From NCBI GenBank assembly GCA_023957375.1, contig JAMLHB010000002.1, forward strand, positions 124,812 to 188,811: 64,000 nt of DNA, given 5' to 3'. This DNA is from Flavobacteriales bacterium (lineage in GTDB: Bacteria > Bacteroidota > Bacteroidia > Flavobacteriales_F > PHOS-HE28). Of this stretch, positions 1-7,817 are shown in pieces. Both the position numbers and the translations under genes were made by a program. The notes below the pieces were generated by a model. It was given only the letters and a program-made list of their open reading frames with translations. It was not told the origin of the DNA and did not search any database. The number at the start of each line of letters is the position of its first letter. Position 1 is the first letter of the stretch.

Positions 1-1240
1 CCGTGTTGCGTTCGCGCTGGAAGATGAACGCGGCGAATTGCTGGCTTTCACTACCGCCCTGGATCACCAGACGAACCCCGGTGACATCGCTGCCCGAGTA
101 GTCAGGCACCGGCCTGCCGTAGCGTATCTGGCCATCATAAACCTTGTCCACGCCGCGACCGGTCTGCTCCACCAGGCCCAAGCGCTTGCCCGCTTCATAA
201 AGCCGCCGGTTGCGCGGCTTGGGTTCATGCGTCAGCAGGTTGCGCGTGGTCACTCCTTCGGGAAAGCCGCCCGGACTGGTGATGCGCAGTTGGTCCGGGT
301 GCCATTGCACGTAAACGCATTCATTGCGCCGGTAATCGCGGTGGAAGAGGGCATTCAATAGGGCCTCGCGGAAGGCCGGGAATGAATAGTCCGGAATGGG
401 CAGGCGGATCATGCCCACCTGCACCTCGCGCTCCTGGTTGCGCGCCTTGAAGCGCTCTTCGAACAGTTCGGCGAGTTCCACCAGCGGCTTGCGGAAAAAG
501 TCGTTCATGCGCACATCGCCGCCCGCTGCCAGCACTTGGAAGGCCGCCTCGTGCGTGGGGATGTGCCTGCGCAGGGCCTCTTCACGCCCCAACAGCAGCA
601 GGCCGGTGAAGGTGGGCACCAATTTTTCACCCGCGGTCTCCACGGCCCCGATGGCCTTGGCCAATTCCGCATCGCCCAGTGTCAACAGGCTCCGGTCACC
701 GGTGCGGGCGGTGATGGTGTTGCGCGCCCGTTCAAATTGGAGCGGGTCCAGATCGCCCCATTGGCTGGCGGGGCAGGGTTGTGCGCTCAGGTCCTCGGCA
801 CCCAAGCGCAGGCTGCCACCGCCATGCTCGTGCGGGTAGTAGGGCGCGCAGGCCGGTCCGTTGTTGTCCAAGATCCTGCGCTGGCAGGTGCCGTCACTGT
901 GGCTGGTGATGCTTTCCGCCTTGGGCACCTGGATCTCGATCACGGCATTCCCGGCCACGTGGTGCAGCACCACTTCCACTTCCAGTGCAGGCATGGTCAT
1001 ATTGCGCACCAAGGCCCGCAACTTGTCCGGGTCCGTGCGGTCCCCGTGCCGGGGCTTTGCGCCCGTGATGCTGCCGTCCTTTTCCACGCCCACCAGCAGG
1101 GTGCCCCCGGCACCGTTCGCCAAGCACACGCATACCAAGGCCAGCTCCCGGTCGCCGATCGGTTTGCGCCCTTCCCCCTTGAACTCCACCGTGAGCGTTT
1201 CACCGCCGGTGATCAGCGCTTTCAGTTCCAGCTCGTTCAT
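1..1240 (-). CDS. AlbA_2/Schlafen-like + HATPase_c_4 (RecG-like C-terminal) domain protein, 3' end runs off the window
   Basis: Missing from the ORF track because there is no stop in the window. Manual translation from ATG 1240 gives MNELELKALITGGETLTVEFK...CLANGAGGTLLVGVEKDG (AlbA_2) and REALLNALFHRDY...ITSPGGFP...PRNRRL...GLVEQTGRGVDK (HATPase_c_4). ATGA overlap with the upstream ORF. Confidence 0.85.
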   Translation of the reverse strand, partial: MNELELKALITGGETLTVEFKGEGRKPIGDRELALVCVCLANGAGGTLLVGVEKDGSITGAKPRHGDRTDPDKLRALVRNMTMPALEVEVVLHHVAGNAVIEIQVPKAESITSHSDGTCQRRILDNNGPACAPYYPHEHGGGSLRLGAEDLSAQPCPASQWGDLDPLQFERARNTITARTGDRSLLTLGDAELAKAIGAVETAGEKLVPTFTGLLLLGREEALRRHIPTHEAAFQVLAAGGDVRMNDFFRKPLVELAELFEERFKARNQEREVQVGMIRLPIPDYSFPAFREALLNALFHRDYRRNECVYVQWHPDQLRITSPGGFPEGVTTRNLLTHEPKPRNRRLYEAGKRLGLVEQTGRGVDKVYDGQIRYGRPVPDYSGSDVTGVRLVIQGGSESQQFAAFIFQRERNT

Positions 1241-1512
1241 CGCTTCCCGGGCATGGTTCTGCGGGCAATATGCACATTCTGAACCTTGCCGCCCGTTATC
1301 GGTTTGCCGGCGCCGGCAAAGTGATTAAGCGGCTCATTACCAGACTCTTTACAAGCCTCCTGTGCGCGGGTGATGGCCTGGGCGAAGCGCCGCCACTGAT
1401 CGTAGCCCAGCAGGGGTTGCAGATCGCGGGCGCTCCAGTATTCCGCGCCGTGCTCATTCACCTGTTTCAGGTCCTCAAACCCATTGGCGCCTGTTGTGGA
1501 CGGTTTGTTCAT
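1237..1512 (-). pseudogene. dinD: Truncated DinD/BRO-like DNA-damage-inducible protein (N-terminal part only)
   Basis: FEDLKQVNEHGAEYWSARDLQPLLGYDQWRRF...HFAGAGKPITGGK matches the DinD N-terminus. It stops at 91 aa, before the expected LSRxACYLIAQNGD segment. Confidence 0.7.
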
Positions 1513-3338
1513 GGCTTGCGCTTTTTGGTGGTAGCCTTCCGCGCTTTGGGCCTGGCACTGTCAAAGGCCAGTTGCCCTTGCACCGGCTCCGGTGCGGGCT
1601 GCGCGGCCACCGGCAGGTTCTCCACGTTCAGGCTGTAGTCGTCGTGGTTCCATTCGCAGCGCTTCAGCACGGCCATGGGGATCTTCTTCACCGTCAGGTT
1701 GGGCCAGCGCTCGGCCTTGCCCTTGAAGGCGGTACACAACACCAGCAGGCTGCGCTGCGGGCCCACTTCATCGCTGAGGTATTGCAGCTGCTCGGCGGTG
1801 AGGTGCTGGGTGGTCACGTAGATGAAGTCGCGCTCGGTGCTGTGGCCGTGCATCCAGTAGTGTTCGGTGCTGGGCGCGTAGGCAAAGCCCTCCAGCTTGC
1901 AGGCGGCTTCGGCCAGCATGGCGGCGTTGTACTGCTTGCTGATCACCCAGTTGCCCCATTTGTCCTGCTGCAGCAGGCTGGGCGCCAGTTTGTAGTAGCG
2001 AAAACCGCCGCCGCCTTTCCAGCTGGTAGTGGCGGTAATACCGCCAGAATCGCTACCGTCTACAACGCTCTTTAAACGCGGGACGCAATGAGTGTTGCAA
2101 TGTTCACCAAGCTCTATCCCAATCCACCGTCGCCCCATCTTGTGGGCAACGGCAGCTGTAGTACCAGAACCCAAGAACGAGTCGAGCACAAGATCGCCTT
2201 TAGCTGATGCCAACTCGAGGCAAATAGAGATTAGCTTCTCGGGCTTCTGACCATTTGGGAATCGAACTCCGCCCTCACGGGTAACGTTGTTCCAATTGAG
2301 ATCATCCCAGAAAGTACCAAGCTTCTCTCGCTTGATTATGCGATCACCAGCCTTGAAGGTCACGTTCTTGAACCAACTCACAAGTCGTTTCTGCTCGCCA
2401 ACGAAAAGCAACTCTGTGAGCTTGCCCTTGTTACGCCCAGAAACAGGGTAGTACTCTAGTGCATACATATTGTTCAACGAATCCGTCGCCTCCTGAACAC
2501 GAGTTCGGATTGAGGTTTGAGCATTCTCCGTTGTATGAACGTAGTCGTAGTACTTGTAAATCGCCTCTAGTTCAGTAATGCCTTCCTCCTTTGCAAGCTT
2601 GGAGATGCTTCGTGTCTCATAGTCGATCACCTTGTACAACTTCATGTCGTTACCGGCACCGTCTTTAATCATCTTCACATAATCCTTAGTCCCTTGCTTG
2701 TATAGCACGGAGGTGTACTTGAAGCTACGGTTTTCAAGCTTCATCAGTTCGAGATACTTGCCCAATTCGACTTCGTTGTACACATCGTTGAACGCAACGA
2801 AATCTTCCCCGCAGTATGCAAGCAGAAACTCAATGTTCTTCTTCAGCCGCTTGTCTTCACCGCCTCCACTAGCTCCGGAGCTCTCTTTGGTCTTAACGGC
2901 AATGGTATTGACGTAGCGCGCTGCTCCAAACACTTCGTCCATTATCAGCTTCAGGTGTGCGAAGTAGTTGTCGTCTATCTGAACGAAAATGACTCCGTCT
3001 CGCCTCAGCAAGTGTCGCAACAAAATCAAACGCTCTTTGATCAGCGAAAGCCAAAGTGAAGCCTCAAGCCCATCGTCATAGTGTTCGAATGCCTGTCCCG
3101 TATTGTAAGGCGGATCGATATACACGCACTTCACCTTCCCGGCGAACTCTTGTTCGAGTGCTTTAAGCGCAAGGAGGTTATCGCCGAAGATGAGGCGGTT
3201 GTCGAAGAGGTCGTTTTCGGTAACGCGCTGCTGGGCATGGTAGCTCTTGCTGGGGTCTTCCAGCAGGATGCGCGGCTCCAACTTGGGGCGTTGGTCCTTG
3301 CCGATCCAGGTGAGTTCGAGTTTGGGTTTCTTGGTCAT
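1509..3338 (-). CDS. mod: Type III restriction-modification Mod subunit (N6-adenine methyltransferase)
   Basis: N-terminal KLELTWIGK, GDNLLALKAL, IDPPYN (motif IV), central TRD, KPEKL, VLDSFLGSGTT (motif I), GGGFRYY. Confidence 0.92.
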   Translation of the reverse strand: MTKKPKLELTWIGKDQRPKLEPRILLEDPSKSYHAQQRVTENDLFDNRLIFGDNLLALKALEQEFAGKVKCVYIDPPYNTGQAFEHYDDGLEASLWLSLIKERLILLRHLLRRDGVIFVQIDDNYFAHLKLIMDEVFGAARYVNTIAVKTKESSGASGGGEDKRLKKNIEFLLAYCGEDFVAFNDVYNEVELGKYLELMKLENRSFKYTSVLYKQGTKDYVKMIKDGAGNDMKLYKVIDYETRSISKLAKEEGITELEAIYKYYDYVHTTENAQTSIRTRVQEATDSLNNMYALEYYPVSGRNKGKLTELLFVGEQKRLVSWFKNVTFKAGDRIIKREKLGTFWDDLNWNNVTREGGVRFPNGQKPEKLISICLELASAKGDLVLDSFLGSGTTAAVAHKMGRRWIGIELGEHCNTHCVPRLKSVVDGSDSGGITATTSWKGGGGFRYYKLAPSLLQQDKWGNWVISKQYNAAMLAEAACKLEGFAYAPSTEHYWMHGHSTERDFIYVTTQHLTAEQLQYLSDEVGPQRSLLVLCTAFKGKAERWPNLTVKKIPMAVLKRCEWNHDDYSLNVENLPVAAQPAPEPVQGQLAFDSARPKARKATTKKRKP

Positions 3339-3339
3339 A

Positions 3340-3909
3340 CTACGCGGTCACTTCTTCCAGGCGTGTCCAGAAGTAGTTGAAGGAGGTGGAGTGGAGGCGG
3401 GCGGCTGCAGGGTCGAAGAGTGGGGCCATGGCATTGGCGAAGTCGATCTCGTTGTAAGCGACACGATTGCCGTACAGCGCGGTGAGCAATTGCTTAATAG
3501 TCCCTTTGCCTTTGCCATCGGTTTCGGCGGGTACAACATATGTCGTACCGGGAATCGCTAAGCGAATACCCGCTTCATCAGCTTGGTACCAGGCCTCCAC
3601 ATTACGAATGGGTGCGCAAAGATTTAAGTAGCGTTCAGCACGTGGTAGCCGGAACGCATCCTGTTCTGCCTGGTTAAAGAGTGCCCGTAGTTCCGTAAGG
3701 CATCGCTCCTTGTCCTTGTCTGCAAGGATGAACAGCCCGTCGTAGTGTGCATTCCGGAACTGCTCCAATAATTCAGGAGTCCGGCGAATCAGCGGCTCTC
3801 GCCCGTTCATATAGCGCACGTTGAACTGATGCGGTGCGAAGTGTTTGTTGAGCACCTTTCGCCAGAAGTACAGGTCACTTGGACCTTCTACGCCGACTCC
3901 GAACTTCAT
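3340..3909 (-). CDS. DUF4276/RloB-like TOPRIM-fold partner of the ABC ATPase
   Basis: Start MKFGVGVEGPSD at 3909 overlaps the ATPase stop (ATGA). Motifs VEGxxD, DxD (LADKD), VEAW and terminal STSFNYF. Confidence 0.7.
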   Translation of the reverse strand: MKFGVGVEGPSDLYFWRKVLNKHFAPHQFNVRYMNGREPLIRRTPELLEQFRNAHYDGLFILADKDKERCLTELRALFNQAEQDAFRLPRAERYLNLCAPIRNVEAWYQADEAGIRLAIPGTTYVVPAETDGKGKGTIKQLLTALYGNRVAYNEIDFANAMAPLFDPAAARLHSTSFNYFWTRLEEVTA

Positions 3910-5111
3910 AGCGTGCCGCCCAATGCGCCTTGGTACCACAATTCGCCCAAACGGAATGTCTTGCGGAAGGTGTCGATGTCTTCCACTGCGGAGGCCGTGC
4001 GCACAATGGTATACCCAGCCAGCTTGTCACATAGAATCACCTCATCGGGCTCCAACTCGTCAAGGAAAGCGGGGTTGTGCGTCGTAGCGATCACCTGCCG
4101 ATGCTCACTAACCGTTCTTAACAACTCCATTACATGTTTGGAAAGGTGAGGGTGCAAACCGGTCTCCGGTTCTTCTATGACCAACAAGGTGCTTTTATGA
4201 TCGTGCCAATGGGCAGCGACCAATAATGCGAGGAGGCGAACGGTGCCATCGGAAACAGAACCGGGCGATAGGCTGCCTTTCAGGCGATCCTCAAGCACCT
4301 CGAAACTCCGCTCTGCACCAAGAGGTACGGTGCGTATACCCTTGAAGCCGGGCACCGCCCCACGAAGACCTTCCACAATACGTGCTATGGAACCCTTGCC
4401 ATTCTGCTTCTCCAAACGATGCAGAACAGCGGCAAGCTGTTCGCCGTATTCGCCAAGGCTTTGGTCGGGCGAGTCCTTGTACGAGCGGCGTGCTACATCC
4501 GGGCGGATGTTGAAGAAGGACCAACCCTCGATGTAATTGCGCAGGAACATCAGTTGGACCGCGAAGAATGGCGCACCAGCCATTAACCGAGTGGGGTCTA
4601 TCGGAAGCCTTGGGGCAACTTGCTCCAAAGCCGGATTCGCTTCATCTCTGATCACAATCTCGGTCTTACTCCGCTTCAACTCAAAGAGATGCTCTTTGCC
4701 GGCTCGATTGACTTGCTTCACCAACAAGTGTTCGCTGATCACCTCCGCGTCCAAGCCTTCGCTCCGGACATCTATCTCGACGGTATAGTCCATGGAGCGG
4801 ATATCCCAGTGGTATCCCTCACCTACCATACCCCACTTGTCCTGGCCTTCGATGCGTAAGCCGATGCGCACAGGCTTGGGTTCGTCCCGTTGCCGCTGGA
4901 TCTTATTGCGTACTTCGGCAGGCCCTTCGAATTCGTTGACGGCATATTCAACATTGTGCATCACCGCCAATTTCAGAAAGCGAAGGGCGCTCACCAAGTT
5001 GGTTTTACCCGAAGCGTTGGCACCCACAATGAAGTTCAAGGGCTTCAGGTGCAGGGCATCCGTGCCGGTGCCGAAGCTTTTGAAATTTTCAATACGTAGT
5101 TCGGTGATCAT
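3906..5111 (-). CDS. ABC-type (AAA_21) ATPase
   Basis: ENFKSF, Walker A GANASGKT, signature SDGT, Walker B IEEPETGLHP, H-loop TTHNP. Confidence 0.9.
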   Translation of the reverse strand: MITELRIENFKSFGTGTDALHLKPLNFIVGANASGKTNLVSALRFLKLAVMHNVEYAVNEFEGPAEVRNKIQRQRDEPKPVRIGLRIEGQDKWGMVGEGYHWDIRSMDYTVEIDVRSEGLDAEVISEHLLVKQVNRAGKEHLFELKRSKTEIVIRDEANPALEQVAPRLPIDPTRLMAGAPFFAVQLMFLRNYIEGWSFFNIRPDVARRSYKDSPDQSLGEYGEQLAAVLHRLEKQNGKGSIARIVEGLRGAVPGFKGIRTVPLGAERSFEVLEDRLKGSLSPGSVSDGTVRLLALLVAAHWHDHKSTLLVIEEPETGLHPHLSKHVMELLRTVSEHRQVIATTHNPAFLDELEPDEVILCDKLAGYTIVRTASAVEDIDTFRKTFRLGELWYQGALGGTL

Positions 5112-5218
5112 GGGTGGAGCGGAAGGGTGCTACAAAGTACGGGTGGAGTGCGAAAGCTCATGCAGACCAGTTAAGCGGCGCCCTGCGGAGGGAGTCGGCG
5201 TTTCTTGGCCATCTCTCC

Positions 5219-6094
5219 TTAGCTGGCTGCCTTTGTCTGCGGGATGGCTTCGTCGGGAACAACAAGGCCTTGGCTGAAGAACATCACTTCGTTCCCTACA
5301 TAGCGGCGCTGTGCCGTGTAGTTCAATCCGTAGCTCAGGGCTTCGCTCATTTGGTACATGGTCCGTATCTCGTCCACGTTGTCGTAGGATACCACCCATG
5401 GCCACTTGAATTTCTTCTGCTGAAGGACCGTCGCGATCTGAACATGATCATCATGCTCGTAGTAGTTACGGTACAAACCCTTTCCTTTCACATAGTAGGG
5501 AGGGTCCAAGTAGATCAGGGACTTTTTCGGCAGGAACTCCGAACAGCGCTTCAGCAGATGCAGTGAATCTTCTCGGTATACGGTGATATTCCTTGACCGC
5601 TTCGCAATGGCCTCGATGCGTGCCGCCATCTGTTCCTTCTTGAAGCGTGCATCCAACTTGTACTCGCCGCTCTGCTCCTTGCCACCAATGACCCCGGCGT
5701 TCAGGATCCCGGATCGGTTCGTTCTGTTCATGAACAGGGTGGCAAAGCCTTTCTCCACCACGCTGGCCTTGTTTTCCTCCCGGAGCACGGCCCTCCACTT
5801 GAACCACTGGTCCATAGTGATCGGTGTGGTTTCAATAAGTTTCAGCAGTTTGCCGGAGTGCTTGGTTACGGACAGCCAAAAAGCGTATACCGCCGGGTCG
5901 GCATCGTTGACATGGATATGGCTGGCATGGTCGTGGAACAGCAGTTCCAACGCCACCCCGGCACCACCGGCGTATGGCTCCAGGTAGTGGCCCCCGGCTA
6001 CGCCGTTCACCTCCATCACTTTGGCGATGAAGGGCGCGAAGGGGGCTTTGCCACCGGGGTAGCGAAGGGGGCTGTATAGTCGGTTGGAGTACAT
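5219..6094 (-). CDS. Dam-like (D12 class) DNA adenine methyltransferase
   Basis: SPLRYPGGK, EPYAGGAGV, YLDPPYY, WVVSYD. Confidence 0.92.
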   Translation of the reverse strand: MYSNRLYSPLRYPGGKAPFAPFIAKVMEVNGVAGGHYLEPYAGGAGVALELLFHDHASHIHVNDADPAVYAFWLSVTKHSGKLLKLIETTPITMDQWFKWRAVLREENKASVVEKGFATLFMNRTNRSGILNAGVIGGKEQSGEYKLDARFKKEQMAARIEAIAKRSRNITVYREDSLHLLKRCSEFLPKKSLIYLDPPYYVKGKGLYRNYYEHDDHVQIATVLQQKKFKWPWVVSYDNVDEIRTMYQMSEALSYGLNYTAQRRYVGNEVMFFSQGLVVPDEAIPQTKAAS

Positions 6095-6096
6095 GG

Positions 6097-7785
6097 CTAT
6101 GCGGTCTTGAGGTTCACACGAAGCAGGTCCAATTTGGCCGGGTCAACAGCAAAGCCACTCTTCATAACACCGTGTACCGCTTTGCGGAATTCGGAAAGGA
6201 ATTGATCACTGGCCCCCGGATTGTCCTTGATCCACAATCTCCATGGATTGTACGGCTTGGAAACATTCCTGACCAATTGGTTGAACGTATCCTCCTTATA
6301 GAACCGCTTGAATAACTCTCGCGGCTTCATCTTCTTCTCCGCCGGATAGGCTGCCACGCGTTCATGCACATCAACCCTACCGCCGCTGACACCCAATTCC
6401 CGGATCAGGTCAGCTGCTGAATTGGTGAACACGTCACGTGTGAACCCAAGTTCGTTCCTCCAGAATTCATGCCCAGCAGGCAGGTTGTACAGCATTTCGA
6501 AGATCAATTGGTCGGGCGGGAGGGTGCCGGGCAACAATACCACAGTGCGTGGCCTGCCTTTCTTGATGAGTTTTGCCGCATCCGCATCCAGGCATACCAC
6601 TCCTCTCTCCGAAAAATCCGGCACGCCTTTACTGATCAATTGCAAGTAGTTGGAGCAACCAATGGAAAGATCCCGCATTGGGGTGGTGAACTTCTTGATC
6701 GGTTGCCGGCTCATCAGCGCGGCAAAGAAATCGGCTGCTTCATTGTCTTCAAAGAAGACGTTCACTTTGGGGAGCGCCGTACTGTTGTTGGCAGGCACGG
6801 TCTTCGTGTTCAGGTCGGCATTGATCTTCGCCCACGACCAATTCTGCATCACCTGCACATCGCCAAAGGTGTTGCTCAAATACACGGTCCTGTACCGCCC
6901 TCCGGCACGTCCACTGTGCTCGTATGCATGCTGGATCAAGACCGGTGAATGCGAGGTCATAACCACTTGCAGGCCCAGCTCCTTGCACTCACGGTCCAAG
7001 ATCCTCAAGAGATTTACCTGGGCCGTCGGGAACAGACCGGCATCCGCTTCATCGATCAACAGCAGGCCGCCTTTGTAATCGGGATATTCCTCCTTCAATT
7101 TCCGGAAAGACATCAAGGCCATAATGATCTGGCCTGCATTATCCTCACCGGCCGATACTGAATCCTGGTCATAATTTTCTCCGTGCGCCACTGCAGAGTT
7201 AATTGTACCTGAAGTGCCTGTGGCCAAGGATGACTGCCTGTTGAGCAACTCATTGGCCAGCCCGATGAATTCCTGGGTGTGGTTTGTCAGAAAGTCAAAG
7301 TTGCGTATCCTGTATTTCCTGTCCGCGATCGGATAGAGGCGCTTCAAGCTAAGGAAGATGACCGGATGCGTGAAGTTCCGGCTTGACTGTTCAGGGGCCG
7401 TGCTGTTATTCCTGACCACCGGCCTCGGCCCTCTTTCCCGCTTCATCAACTCCAGGTACCCCGTTGCATTTGCCTGGGTGTATCCATCAAACAACTCAAT
7501 GTTGACCTTCATGGAACCTGGCACGTCAAACTTCTTGGAGAGCCGGAAGTGTTCGCTGTATAGCGACTTATAGGAACCACCTGCAATTTGCGCATAGCTG
7601 ATCTTCTCGTCCTTCCCGTAGTCCTTTTCAAAACTGAAGATCTGTGCAGCTATCCCCAGGATAGAGGACTTGGAGGTGCCGTTCTTGCCGCAAACAACGG
7701 TGATATGGTGGCCAAGTTCAATCTCGACATTCTGCAATGCCCGGAAGTGCTCGATCTTCAGCTTTCTGAGTTGGGTCCTCGCCAT
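6097..7785 (-). CDS. OLD-like ABC ATPase with C-terminal TOPRIM-like domain
   Basis: Walker A GKNGTSKS, SAGE signature, LLLIDE, TSHSP. The C-terminal half has VFFED and CLDAD (TOPRIM E and DxD). ATG 7785 preferred; alternative TTG start at 7821. Confidence 0.8.
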   Translation of the reverse strand: MARTQLRKLKIEHFRALQNVEIELGHHITVVCGKNGTSKSSILGIAAQIFSFEKDYGKDEKISYAQIAGGSYKSLYSEHFRLSKKFDVPGSMKVNIELFDGYTQANATGYLELMKRERGPRPVVRNNSTAPEQSSRNFTHPVIFLSLKRLYPIADRKYRIRNFDFLTNHTQEFIGLANELLNRQSSLATGTSGTINSAVAHGENYDQDSVSAGEDNAGQIIMALMSFRKLKEEYPDYKGGLLLIDEADAGLFPTAQVNLLRILDRECKELGLQVVMTSHSPVLIQHAYEHSGRAGGRYRTVYLSNTFGDVQVMQNWSWAKINADLNTKTVPANNSTALPKVNVFFEDNEAADFFAALMSRQPIKKFTTPMRDLSIGCSNYLQLISKGVPDFSERGVVCLDADAAKLIKKGRPRTVVLLPGTLPPDQLIFEMLYNLPAGHEFWRNELGFTRDVFTNSAADLIRELGVSGGRVDVHERVAAYPAEKKMKPRELFKRFYKEDTFNQLVRNVSKPYNPWRLWIKDNPGASDQFLSEFRKAVHGVMKSGFAVDPAKLDLLRVNLKTA

Positions 7786-7817
7786 TAGGTGACGGTATTT
7801 CCATCCTATTTCCGCGC

